Under the pieces are notes generated by a model, which made no database searches, was not told the DNA's origin, and worked only from the letters and a program-made list of their open reading frames with translations. The position numbers were made by a program, and so were the translations under genes. Shown piece after piece: positions 43,134 through 57,152 of a DNA stretch of 64,000 bases (the stretch's first letter is position 1; each line of letters begins with the position of its first letter). The DNA comes from Octopus vulgaris (Eukaryota): contig OX597835.1 of NCBI GenBank assembly GCA_951406725.2, positions 7,006,001-7,070,000 of the forward strand, in the 5' to 3' direction.

Positions 43134-43659
43134 CTGAAAGGAAAGAAAGAAACAATTGAGAACTCGATACAGAATTAAGAGATCAGAAAAAATGGAAACA
43201 ATATTCGTGGCGGCGGGGTGGGTGCTGCAGCTTCTGATCATAGTGATTATGATAATGATGGTTCTCCTTTGGGAAACATTGCTAGTGGAGCGGCCATGCT
43301 TACACTCTAAAACCAGAAAACCCCCCAGAAAATGTCGGATCAGACTCAAACTTCGATGATGTGACAACAACAGTACCAACTATGAGCACGAATGCGCAGA
43401 AGGAAGTGTGACAAGAATAAAGATAATTTATGGCGAAAATGCGGATAATTGTTCGCTTCCTCTCGTATAAATATTTACTACATGTCTGTAATACATATAA
43501 CCGATATATATATATATATATTTACACTCACTCACAAAGACACATGCATAGATTGACAGACAGATGTCCACTGAATAATGTATATGTTGATTACTTGTGA
43601 ATAAGCAGTATATATCTATCTACATTTTCGTATTCGAAATCACAGTTCTATACATATAT

Positions 43660-43900
43660 CTTAACTATAGAAATAGAAATAACAAAAAATGATGAAAATA
43701 ACAAAAGTGCAGGCGAGTTCACAACCCAGGTTGACATCCAAGGAAAGAAACCTGTATAAGATAGAAATCATTGTGTGAAAGTATAACGTTTTGGCTGTAG
43801 TACCTCGTCGGGTACGACAGGAATGATTAAGAGAGATTGTAGAGCGATGAAAGAAAAGGAAGTTGATGAAAAACAAGTGACAGTTTAACATAAAAGTAAC
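43660..43900 (-). mobile_element. Penelope-like terminal remnant with decayed hammerhead motif
   Basis: Minus strand gtac-CCGACGA-ggtactacagcc-AAAA-cgtta-tac at 43781-43815, next to (TA)n. Boundaries approximate. Confidence 0.5.
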
Positions 43901-43916
43901 GATGTTTGTGTGTATA

Positions 43917-43988
<72 letters not shown>

Positions 43989-44014
43989 CAAAATAAGCAA
44001 CAAGGATATCCAAG

Positions 44015-44240
44015 GTGGACGCAAACTCAACTGCTGGCCCTGATGGTTTCTCAGCAATTGTCCTCAAATGGTGTAAGCGTACACTAGCGAAACCACTACA
44101 CATTCTCTTCCCAGAACCTAAACCAGTGCGGTACCTGGGTATTGACATGAGGAAATATACCTCTTTCGAAGTGCATATTACCAAGATGGCAACAAAGTGC
44201 AGACGGCTGGTTGGCTCGATTTTGAGAACATTTAAAACCA
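44015..44240 (+). mobile_element. CR1/L2-group LINE fragment with internal deletion
   Basis: DANSTAGPDGFSAIVLKWCKRTLAKPLHILF (pre-RT GPDG motif) is joined directly to PKPVRYLGI...FEVHITKMATKCRRLVGSILRTFKTR (post-RT DLG region). Confidence 0.8.
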
Positions 44241-44411
44241 GATATTCATATGTATCAATATATGTATAAGCATTATAAGTTGAATTTATGAGTATGATTG
44301 CCTAATTTGAGTTTATATCTTAATTCCTATCTTTTTTCCTTTTGTCTCGGGTTCGATCCGAGCACTTCCTTTTAGTAGTTTTATATATTTCGTAAGAAAG
44401 AACAATAATAA

Positions 44412-44519
<108 letters not shown>

Positions 44520-45317
44520 GTATACACACACACACATATACACACAGGCAGATACAAGCAGAGATATACACCTACACTAATATATGAAAACCAATGTGTG
44601 AATGAGTCATGGGATGTGGAAAATTCAACCTTTTGGAGAGAATTCTTCTTTAGGAAAATGTTGACACTATTGATATTGTATGTATGTAACCGGGTGTGTG
44701 TATGTGTGTGCCTCTTGTGTATATTATGTATGTATACGTATATAGGTACATCAGATTATAAGAACATAGTATACAGCATAATATAAACCAGTAGAGTTAA
44801 CAGCAATGTTTCTATTTTGGTTCTGTATAAAATGTGATTTGATGTTTAGAAACTGAATGCTTTTGTTTTTGCTTTCTTTTTATGAATACGTAAAGTAACT
44901 CAAACAATAAGCTTCATTTGAGACTTACTTTGAACGAATCAAATTCCTCTAAGATCAACACTCCACCCCATCAACACAAGACAAAAAAGAAGAAAAAAAA
45001 AATGGAAAGTCTAAAAATAGAATAAATAATGAAGATATCTACAAATTCGCGAATATTAAAAAAAATGGCGTTTGATTTTAACTCGAGTTGACAAAACAAA
45101 AGAAAAAATGTTTGTTTTTTTTCTTTTTCTTTTGACTTTGAAACATTAATATCAAATCCAGAATTTCGACAGTAAACAAATAAATATTGCAAGTATTTTT
45201 TTTTTTTTTTTTTGTATTTTCATCATCCGAAAATATCGTATGCATACTTTGTTCTTACTTTTTTATTGCTGGCAAATTTCTTCACAGACATATTGTCCTC
45301 TTTCATTTCCATCATCT

Positions 45318-46296
<979 letters not shown>

Positions 46297-46297
46297 T

Positions 46298-46700
46298 AAG
46301 GCGGCGAGCTGGCAGAAACGTTAGCACGCCGGGCGAAATGCTTAGCAGTATTTCGTCTGCCGTTACGTTCTGAGTTCAAATTCCGCCAAGGTCGACTTTG
46401 CATTTCATCCTTTCGGAGTCGATTAAATAAGTACCAGTTACGCACTGGGGGCGATATAATCGGCTTAATCCGTTTGTCTGTCCTTGTTTGTCCTCTCTGT
46501 GTTTAACCCTTTGTAGGTAGTAAAGAAATAGATATTTCATCTCTTTTTACCTTCTGAGTCCAAATTCCGCCGATGTCGACTTTGCCTTTCATCCTTTCGG
46601 TGTCGATAAATTAAGGACCATTTGCGTACTTGGGTCCACCTAATCAACTGGCCCCCTCCCCCAAAACTTCGGGTCTTGTGCCTAAAGTAAAAATGATTCT
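46298..46700 (+). mobile_element. Full-length dimeric SINE, family A
   Basis: Head aggcggcgagctggcagaaacgttagcacgccgggcgaaatgc. The internal module ttctgagt(t/c)caaattccgcc...gtcgat is present twice. Confidence 0.85.
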
Positions 46701-47118
46701 TTGGCGGTCGATGAAATTAAATCCTAGTGAGACACTGGGGTCGATGTAACCGTCTATTCTCCACCTCCACCGCCAAATATCAAATATTGTGCCTTCAGTA
46801 GAAATGATTATAAATAGGGGATGGGGTGAGTTGGCAGAATCGTTAGCGCACCGGACAAAATGCTTGGCGGCATTTCATCCGGCAGGCCTTGTGTCTTTAG
46901 TAGAAAAGATTATTATCATAAGTTCTAATGATGCTGTTATTGATATTGTTGTCGATAATCTTTTCTTTTATCCAATGCAATATTAATACACACATTCTTT
47001 CGTCTGCCTTTACGTTCTGAGTTCAAATTCCGCCGAGGTCGACTTTGCCGTTCATCCTCTCGGAGTCGATAAATTAAGTACCAGTTGAGTACTGAGGTTG
47101 ACCTAATCGACTAAATAT

Positions 47119-47245
47119 TATTTTATGTTCGAAGTCGTACGACAGACATGCTACAATACTCACGGTCCAAACGCAGGCAAACGGACTCATTGAAGTCAGA
47201 CGAGATGTCCGATAAGGGAATGCGCTCTTACTTCTACTATTTAAA
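47119..47245 (+). mobile_element. 127-bp LINE RT fragment, copy 1
   Basis: Translates ...GLIEVRRDVR*GNALLLLLFK, a decayed RRGVRQG..LS.LLF motif. 3 mismatches to copy 2. Confidence 0.65.
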
Positions 47246-47516
47246 TTCGGGAGTTGTGTCGAGAGCAGAAAAGAATAGCAATACACACACACAGAGTTTA
47301 TGCATAAAGTTTTTGGTGATTTTTATCAAACATCATAAATATTGTTATTTAAATATTTTATTTATCGATGTCGTGCAACGTGGCCTCAGCTATATGTCAT
47401 TGTTCTTTTACAGTTTTCTGATTGAAATAGGAAAAATAAAATATTGTATAAAACGAAACATTTAGAAAAATATCACTAAATATTAAATATGAAAGAGAGA
47501 CGAGAGAAAGACAGAA

Positions 47517-47552
<36 letters not shown>

Positions 47553-48212
47553 TGTGTGTATAAATTGAAACAAAGAACAATATAGAGTAAAATAAACAGA
47601 AAGTAAAAGAGAATAAGAAGCAGAAGGAAAATAGAGCGCAAGAGAAAGAGAAAGAAAGAGAATAATACAGAAAGATAATAGAGTGTAAAAGAGAAAGAGA
47701 AAAAGAAAGAGAGAGATAAAAGAACGAATAAATGTGAGAGATAGGAAAAACGAAATAAATAGAGAGATAAAGAGGGAGAGAGAGAGAGTGAAGGAAAATA
47801 TATGAAAAAAAACCTATAATTTGCGATTCATATAAAATGGCTCCCAGAGAAGAAAAATATAAAAACGATATTTTTGCATGTTATTTTTATGGTAATCCTT
47901 GTTGTTGATCATCACTTCCGAATAAATCAGAAATAGCCTGGAAGAGCTGACAGATTATTTTAAGAGTACAGAAAAGATCCAATAGATCTTCTAAGTCTCT
48001 GACCTACATTCTCTAAATTCATGTCGAAAGAAGTTCCCAGAAGATGAAAAGAGAGAAAAAAAAAAATCAGAGCCAAGATTCTTAACATTGGAACAAACGA
48101 CATTCAAGTATGCTATTATTATTTTTTGTGTTGTCATTTTCTATTTTTTCTTCTTCTTATAATTGAACTTTGTTTTAAAATAAATCTAAAGATGGATCGA
48201 CTTGCTTTTGAA

Positions 48213-48339
48213 TATTTTATGTTCGAAGTCGTACGACAGACATGCTACAATACTCTCGGTCCAAACGCAGGCAAACGGACTCATTAAAGTCAGACGAGGT
48301 GTCCGATAAGGGAATGCGCTCTTACTTCTACTATTTAAA
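48213..48339 (+). mobile_element. 127-bp LINE RT fragment, copy 2
   Basis: Translates ...GLIKVRRGVR*GNALLLLLFK, with the same stop codon as copy 1. Confidence 0.65.
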
Positions 48340-50312
48340 ATCACCGCAGCCTTCCTATTTGATTTATTCTCTAGCAACTGCGCCATGGTAGTGGTTGGAG
48401 GGGAGTTATCCAGTTACCCGTTTTGTTATTGTCCATGAATTTTTTTCAAATTGTTATGAATTTATAGACTTTGTTTTTCATAATATCGGTTTCAAATTTT
48501 GGTACTGGACCACCATGTTCGGAGCAGGAGGTTAATCACTTACAGCGACTTCGATGTTCAACTGATACTTATTTTATCGATCTCGAATGGATGAAAGACA
48601 AAGTTGAGCTCGGCGGAATTCGAATTCAGAAAGTAAAGACGGACGAAATGCTGCTAAGCATTTTGCCCGTCGTGTTAACGATTTTGGTAGCTCACCGCCC
48701 TCCGTTTTACATAATATCAATGTTAATGCAGAAGAATAGCTGTGAAAATAAGGTAAAATTCCTTTATAGAGGGCAAAAGTGGTCAACAGCTTCTAGAGAA
48801 TCGAACTCCCTACTTCTCAAATTCTGGCTGAGTGCTTTGGGTATTTCACCCGATCTTCTAAAACTTACAATTTCTAGAAAAACAAAAAGAAGTCACTTAA
48901 TCCACGCTTTAATGGTTGCCTATAAAAATGTATTCGCACTTCTAAAGCTGTTATTTAGCATTATAAAAAAACAGTATCTGTTGTCAAGGTTTGTTTAGCA
49001 AGTAGCCAAATTTTGAGCAGTACAGTGTTCGATTCGCCTGATCGAGTGGGCATGCTTCAGGGTCTCAATAGTTACAACTAGTCTGTGGGCTGTTGGTGTG
49101 GCTTCCGAGTGATAACGCCTTTCATATTGGGCCAAAAGCAGTATGAGAAGTATGACATTTTTATCGAGCGTCTATTATGAGTATTCCTGATTTACAGAGA
49201 AATACTTATCTAATTCCTGGCATCATTAAATAAGGTGTATTTGATAAAATCGGTCGTATACGAATTCGAAGTCACATCAGTGTTGTAACGTAATCGAAAA
49301 GCAAAATTACGTCGGTTTTATGCGAAGACAATTTGAAAAGGCGATATGCATGCTACAAGTCTTCTTTACGACACGCCGACAAAAGTTAAGCCACTGCGTT
49401 GGCTTGCCATGTATGGAATCTGAAAACCAATTACGCACCACATTCAATCAAGTGGATCATTGTAGAGGAGTATACGGCGTATGTAAATGGATCAATACGA
49501 TGCAAGTTATGTGTAGCTGAGAGATCGAATATTCTTTTTTGATACAAGAATTCTATCACACAACTTAATTGCAGATTCCAAATATTTAGCAAACGAAGCA
49601 CAATGACAAATTTCTCTTCTCAAACAAGAGGATACCACCCTCTATGGATTGAGCAGCTGTTTCCCTGACTTTGGCATCCTCCCCGTTAAATCATTCTTCT
49701 TCGACGAGATTAATTAAGATGTGCACGCACAAAGAACATGCAAACCTTGTTTTCTTTCTTGTTATTCTTTTTCGGTATTCATTCACACTCTGTTTCCTCG
49801 TTCTATTTTGTGCATAAACTCTTTTCTTGTCTTTTTTCTTTTCCTCATATTTTCTCAGAGACAAACGTCCTCTTTCCAAATATAACTAGATATGAGCATT
49901 GAGCAGCCGGAAGGTTTACTTGAAAACACAGAGCACGTTATTTAAACCTGCAGAATTATTGTGTTTTCACAGCATGAAACTACACACACACATACATACA
50001 CACACAAATTTATATATATATTTCGCTAGAACCTGTTTTTTGTCCCCGTCACTTAGCGGTTCGGGAAAAGAGACTGATAGAATAAGTACTGGGCTTACAA
50101 AGAATAAGTCCCGGGGTCGAGTTGCTCGACTAAAGGTGGTGCACCAGCATGGCCGCAGTCAAATGACTGAAACAAGTAAAAAGAAAAAAAGAAAGAATAT
50201 ATATGTATTCATATATATATATACATACATGTGTATATATACATATATATATACATATGTATAATTATACACACACATGTATATATATATATATTGAGTA
50301 TATTTAGACGCA

Positions 50313-50387
<75 letters not shown>

Positions 50388-50450
50388 ATGTTGCAATGGA
50401 TAAATTGTCGCCATATTTTATTTTTAATTCCGAGCATGCTCTAAGTCTAC

Positions 50451-50688
50451 TGGGACATGGGAGTGTCTGAGTTTCTTATCAGGGAGGTAGTACATGAAGA
50501 CATTCAGTATTCCTCATACAAGATGGGAAAGGGCCAATTTTTTATACCAAGCCATCAAGGAGAAAAGGAAAGGCCGCACTAGGAAGCTTTCGAACAAGCT
50601 CAAGCAACCCCTCCAACAGAACATACTTCGGCTTTTCTCAGACGAGAAAAATTCCTGCCAGAATCAGATGGTAAACGCACAGAATTAA
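50451..50688 (+). mobile_element. Tc1/mariner-superfamily (maT/DD37D-like) transposase fragment
   Basis: DMGVSEFLIREVVHEDIQYSSYKMGKGQF/LYQAIKEKRKGRTRKLSNKLKQPLQQNILRLFSDEKNSCQNQMVNAQN: HTH end plus the FSDEK first catalytic Asp motif, one frameshift. Confidence 0.8.
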
Positions 50689-50856
50689 ATATTCAATTCA
50701 GCACTAGAAATAAGATTATAAGTATAAGGAAATTAGACGGTTACCCCCAGTCAAAAAATACAGATTAAATGTAATGTATACGTGAAGATAAATGGACAGA
50801 AACTTTAGATTGGAAAGCGATACAGCAAGGAGGTAGCTACTACGTACACACTCACA

Positions 50857-50930
<74 letters not shown>

Positions 50931-51011
50931 CATACATACTCACACACACACATATATCTATCTATCTATCTATCTATATATATATATCTATATATATACA
51001 TATATATATAT

Positions 51012-51048
<37 letters not shown>

Positions 51049-52456
51049 TACATATATATATTCATATACATGCATACAGTGAAGAAGGGTGGGGGGGCTT
51101 GATAATAATAAAGAACTGTAAGAGAGTAATCATAGGGGATTTTGAAAAGTACTAAGATATAAGAAAACAGACCAATTAATATATTCAAAAAGAAAAGTAA
51201 ATATTTATTCAACGAAGACAAAGTATATTTTTCTCTATTAGGCAAGAATAAAATCCCATGGGATTATTTCTGCACAATGTTTTGTCTGACCTACGATCTG
51301 CAAAATACCTCTAAGGATGCATGTTTTTAAATAAAGATATTTATTCATAGCGAACTCCGTGAACCGAGTGAACTTTCTTGGAAAGTGCTCAGATACTGAA
51401 GAATATCTGGATTGAAACATTTTTTAAAAGGTCCGAGTCAATAAGTGAGCCGCTTGATCTGCAAGAAATTGCAGCCAAATCTTGCTGGAATTACATCTTA
51501 CATACTTAAACAAGAAATGAATTGGCTAACGGAATCCTTGAAACAGTTTTAGATTAAAATGTCCATGTTATAATATTTATATTGTGTATAAAAACGTGGA
51601 ATGGCACTAGATTCAATACTTTGTTGCAGAGAAATATCTCATAGAGACTTGAGTTTTAAAAATACAGGTTGCGCTCGAACGCTGATGGATTACGATATTT
51701 CAACATAATTTAGTCTCTTCAGTGACGAATATCCTGGATGTTCGTAGCTAAGGGAAAATGTTTGTTCTAATATGGAAATGGGTAAACAAAACATCTACTG
51801 ATTTGCTACCCGGTGTAAAATTGAATTAATATACGTAATTGAAACAGGATATTGTGATGTTGGGATTTTACGATATGTTCTGCGATTCTTTATAGGTTGG
51901 AGTTACCCCTTGAACTACTGTGATATCCGCGCATAATAGGAACTGGCTACATTTATAAATGGTGGTATCCTGGAATGCGGAGGAAGAGTTTTGCTTTGCA
52001 TGTTCTTCCACGTGGTACAAAATAATTCCTGACATTTGATGTGTCGCTCCATCTGCTGTCCCTTTAATCTATGAATTTAATGCTGGCACCAAAAGTAGCG
52101 ACGTTTGGTACGAATATGTCTATGTAAAAGTCTAGAATTAAATTGATATACGCACTTAGATAAACAACCTTAGTGCGTTCTATATTTGTATAGATGTTAC
52201 AAATGTTATAGACACAATCAGCTCTGTGTGTATTTTAGAAATACATACACTGCTTTGTACTGGATTGTATATTGTATGGAAGACCAGAAAGCTAATAATG
52301 TTTGGGAAACCGTTGATTATAGTTGTACGGAATCAGGGCTAAGCTGAGGCTAACTAAATATTACAAGAAATATGACAAAAAAAATTGAGTATGTGACTGA
52401 AATCAGAATACTCCAGCTCACAAACCTCCCCACAAAACAATATACACACAAAAGCG

Positions 52457-52747
52457 TCATCATCATCATCATTGTTCGACCGTGGTCGAGACAATGGAAT
52501 TTACCATGCTACGCCAGACTTCACGGTCCATCATGGCATTACGGAGGTCCTGTTGCTGGATGCCTGTATCCCTGGAGATTACATCAGGGTAGGAGAGTGT
52601 GCGCCCTCTGGTATCGCGAGTAGATGGCTTCCAGAGGAGAAGAGTAGAAATTGCCTCTTTTTCAGCTCTACAACAATGTCCAGCAAACTGGACTCTCCTA
52701 CCTTTCACAAGAGATGATACAGGTGGTAGTTTCCCGTATATTTGCAT
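52457..52747 (-). mobile_element. 5'-truncated RTE-like LINE 3' end, second copy
   Basis: 5 amino-acid differences in 92 versus the 12061-12492 copy. (TGA)n tail. gcgtca on both flanks (52454-52459 and 52752-52757). Confidence 0.9.
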
Positions 52748-53039
52748 CACTGCGTCACTGGCAGTAGGTGGGGGCTAGAATTGCATCGATTGGGCAATAT
52801 ACCGAGATTTCCAATGTGGTGAGTTGGCAGAAATGCTTAGCAGTACTTCGTCTGTCATTACATTCTAAGTTCTAATTCTGTCGAGGTAGACTTTGCTTTT
52901 TATCCTTTCGAGGTCGATAAATTAAGTAAACAGTTGCGTACTGGGATCGATCTAATCGACTGTCCCCCTACCCCAAAATTTCGGATCTTGTACCTAGAGC
53001 AGGAAAAAAAGAATATATCGATATTTCCAGAGGTCAGCC

Positions 53040-53215
53040 GAATATAAAGGCACTACATCCAGTTCGTGATAATGTGAAGGTCACAATGTTAAGGGATACA
53101 GCTATTCAGATCAATCAGATCAATAATGAAATCACTGTCTGATGACAAACGGTCAGATATCAGAAGAAAACTTAATAAACTCTTTTAGACATCCAGCTGT
53201 ATCTCGCTTGATCGA
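53040..53215 (+). mobile_element. Possible Dong/R4 REL endonuclease relic
   Basis: DNVKVTMLRDTAIQINQ...KRSDI resembles EN.KVTILWD..IQTD....RPDI. Confidence 0.4.
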
Positions 53216-54092
53216 AGCTTCTGGTGACAGTAGAAAATTTATCGAGATGTCGTCCAGGTGACTAAAATCGGTCGGAATAATTCGTTAAAAGAATTATTCC
53301 TATTCTTCTCTGTCATTCTTTGTTTCTCTTTAAGCGACTTGATTCCATCCCGTTCTCTAGCTTTTCTGAACGAATTTCTAATCGAATTTAGTAATAAATT
53401 TCTTATCAATACATGCTACACACATCATTAGCCTTCAACGAGAAAACGCAGCGAGCTGGCAGAATCCTTATTACCCGGGACAAAATGCTTAGTGACATTA
53501 CTCCCGAGCCATTACGTTCTGAGTTCAAATTCCATTGAGGGCAATTTTTGGATCTTTCATTCTTTCGATATCGAGAAAATGATTACCAGTCATTCACTAT
53601 GGTCAACGTCATCGATTAGCCATCTTCCTGCTAAATTCCGGGCCTCGTACTGTAGTGGACAGATTTATTATTCAACGCATAATTCCAGACATCCAGTGTG
53701 CAAAATATGTCTTGCTTTAGTTAGAGCTTATACAAGTTCTAAAAGTTTCAAATTTGGCAGGAATTACAATTGATTCGTTCTGCAATAAATCATCTCCTTT
53801 TCCGAAATCAAACCATTCAATCGTTTAAAATACTTGTGACTGCAATCTAACAATACAGTTAATTTACTTGCAATTTTCTATCGAGCGCAGCGCCGCCTCG
53901 TTTGAATCTATTCGTCGTTCATGTTTAATTTTACTGTTAACACAATTCAGTCACATTCATCGAAAGAATTCTCTGTGGGAGAACTCGGATTTCTTTATGT
54001 AAGTCTTATTTTTTACTTTATTGTGTGTATTTGTCAGTGCGCGTGCGTGTGTGTGTGCATGTGTATAAATAAAAATGTATATGTGTATTTGT

Positions 54093-54133
<41 letters not shown>

Positions 54134-54212
54134 CGTATACGTACTAATATATGCACATATACAAACATGCTTTCATACATATGCATATATGTGTATCTAA
54201 ATGTGTGTATAT

Positions 54213-54259
<47 letters not shown>

Positions 54260-55327
54260 TATGTGAGTGTGTATACATGTATATATGCCTATGTATATAT
54301 ATATATATATATACATACATTTATGTGCGTGTGTTCGTGGGTGTGGGTGTGAGTGAGTATGTGTGTGTGTCTATGTGTGTGTGTGTGCATCTGATTCTCT
54401 AATTAAAACTACATTCTTTACCCATACTGTGATTTTCAAGATAAAATACACTTGATAACCTTCCTTTTTTCCTTTCATTTTAACCTTCGTTTTTCAAGCT
54501 GAAAACATGAAAAACTTGTCTCGCATGTCTCTTTCAATATGTTAGCCATTTTTTTTTTCCTAACGAGATTCGCAGCAAGCCAAAACTCGATAGTGAATCC
54601 GACAAGTTTGATTGCTCGTATTACATTCGCCACAAGCTGCCTTGTGTTATCAGCAAGACACTCAAACATCACAATTTTAATTTACTGAACTATAACGAAA
54701 CAATGATTTTCATTTCCAAAATGTATTGAGTTGGAGAAAAAAATATGGCGCCCGTTGCATGTACTTCCTGCAATGGGCTCCATTTTGATTCTCCGACTGA
54801 CTGACGCAGGAGATGTTCAGTTTCACCTTTTGAAAGGAAAACGCGGGGGTACAAATATCATGCTAGCGTAGTGTGTTCTCAATAGTTTCATATTTATGGA
54901 CCCCTTTGATTAGTGTTTTCTCTGGTCGATGCCCGGAACCATTGGATGTTTAAAAACTAGTTTTATAGTTTTATAGATGCTTCTTCCTGAATCGCTATTT
55001 TCTTTTTCACATGTTTATTTGGGTTACTCAGTTACAGCTTTCATGGAGCAACATAAAATGAAGTGTTTTGCTCAAGAAGGCAATGCACCGCTCCATCAGG
55101 AAATCGAAACCACGATATTGCGATTGCCAGTTGGACACCTTAACCACTAGGCTATGCGCTTTCACTGGAGACTATTCATGACTACGTTATCTAATATCTA
55201 CTTCAGGCATTGTGTATCTAGGGTTACATAATCTAATGTGTCCTTGAAATTCTGTATCAAGAAATTACCGTCTCGATTCCTAGGACATATGGGACCGCTT
55301 ATCCGGTTTCCATGGTGAATAAGTGAC

Positions 55328-55678
55328 AGTGAAGGGCGCATGGCTCAGTGCTAAGAGCGTCGGGCTCACAATCATGAGGTAGTGAGTTCGATTCCCGGAC
55401 CGGACTCTGCGTTGTGTTCTTGAGCAAGACACTATATTTCATGTTGCTCCTGTTCACTCAGCTGTAGAAATGAGTTGTGACGTCACTGGTGCCAAGCTGT
55501 ATCGGCCTCTTTGCCTTTCCCTTGGATATCATTAGTGGTGTGGAGAGAGGAGGCCGGTATGCATGGGCGACTGCTGGTCTTCCATAAACAATCTTACCTG
55601 GACTTGTGCCTTAATGGGGTTCTTTCTAGGTGCAGTCCCATGCCCGTTCATGACCAAGGGGGTCTTTATCCATATTCT
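55328..55678 (+). mobile_element. tRNA-like SINE, family D, with 8-bp TSD
   Basis: Colinear with 616-960. taagtgac at 55320-55327 and 55679-55686. Confidence 0.85.
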
Positions 55679-56169
55679 TAAGTGACTGAAGTCAGAACAT
55701 TACCACTGAACGGGAATCCGTTCCGTTGAATGGGTAACCCATTTACAGTCGAGTAGACTGGAGCAACGTGAAAAGAGTGGTTTATTCAAGAAAAAAAAAA
55801 CGCAGTCGAAAACATGATCTTCCGATTGCGAATTCGACGCCCTGACCACTATACCAGACTCCTCCACAACAACAATTAAAGCAACAACAGTCACCACAAA
55901 ATCAGTACTACAACAACCACCACAAAAAACAATAACAACTGTACTACAAGCAACGACAGTAACAGAAATATCTGCCAAGAAGTTCAAAGAGTCATTGATT
56001 CTAGCAACTTTTTAGCTTCTTGTTCATTGATATTGAATTTTGAAGCTCGGCACAAGGCCAGAACCATTTCTTCAGAAAAAGTTACAGCAGACTTCATGGA
56101 AGAAATTCTGATATTTTATTGACCCAGGGTATAGGTAATCCGATTAATCCGATATATATATATACACTA

Positions 56170-56547
56170 TTTATTTCAGTTATTTGACCGGGGTCATGCT
56201 AGAGCACCGCCTTTAATCGAACAAATCGACCCCCAGGACTTATTCTTTGTACGTGTAGTATTTATTCTATCGGTCTTTTTGTCGAACCGCTAAGTTACGG
56301 GGACATAAACACACCAAGCGATGTTGCCAAGTGATGATGAGGGGACAAAGACACACAAACACACACATACACACACACACACAACACACACACGCACACA
56401 TATATGTATATACGACAGGGTTCTTTCAGTTTCCGTCTACCAAATCCACTCACAAGGCTTTGGTCGGCCCGGGACTATAGTAAAAGACACTTGCCCACGG
56501 AACCATGTGGCTGGTAAGCAAGCTACTTACCACACAGCCACTCCTGC

Positions 56548-56549
<2 letters not shown>
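56170..56549 (-). mobile_element. tRNA-like SINE, family B
   Basis: Colinear with 62517-62930, with a small internal deletion. Confidence 0.8.
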
Positions 56550-56632
<83 letters not shown>

Positions 56633-56922
56633 CATATGGTCTTCTGGTTAGCGTTTTGTTCGCGTGATCGCGTTTTCCGTTCCTGGTCCAGATGGTGCAC
56701 CGTTTTCTTGAGCAAAATTCATCATCTCACGTTGATACCTGACATGTGATACACCATGCATCTGATTAGACAACGTCGACTTTGACGGCAGGAGAAAGGT
56801 AATGCACAGCACAAACATTTGATCATAATAAACCTACCATTTGTGCAAGCTGCTCAGCAAGAAATTACAAAAGCATCTTTCAGGGACTACGAGACATTAC
56901 CATGATATGCATATGTATTATA

Positions 56923-57152
56923 CAGGGTTGGCCAAAAGTCACCTGACAGTAAATGAAATCCATTTAATTCCAAGATTTATTTATGATTAACAACTGAATG
57001 AATTTAATAAAAGCATTTAAATGTGAAAGAACATGAAAATTGTTGAAAATGAAGTCCTTGAGCGATGCATTTTTTCATTCGAGTCAATACAGAATTACTG
57101 ACAGTATTTATGGAATTTAGAGTTCCTGTCGAGTGATTTTTGGCTAATCCTA
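56923..57152. mobile_element. Older Tc1/mariner-type MITE
   Basis: Left TIR cagggttggccaaaagtcacctgacag matches the right end at 21 of 27 positions. TA flanks. Confidence 0.7.

Noticed and set aside
44928-44970. gtaagt donor-like site on the minus strand with a short open frame
   Set aside because: In-frame stop close upstream, weak acceptor context and no family motif.
47119-47245. Possible structured RNA or hammerhead (gtcc...ggac hairpin after aatga on the minus strand)
   Set aside because: Lacks the CUGANGA and GAAA cores. Better explained as a decayed RT coding fragment.
55860-55987. Hydrophobic ORF segment resembling an alternative TM exon
   Set aside because: Derived from a degenerate (GTT)n tract, with no usable splice sites identified.
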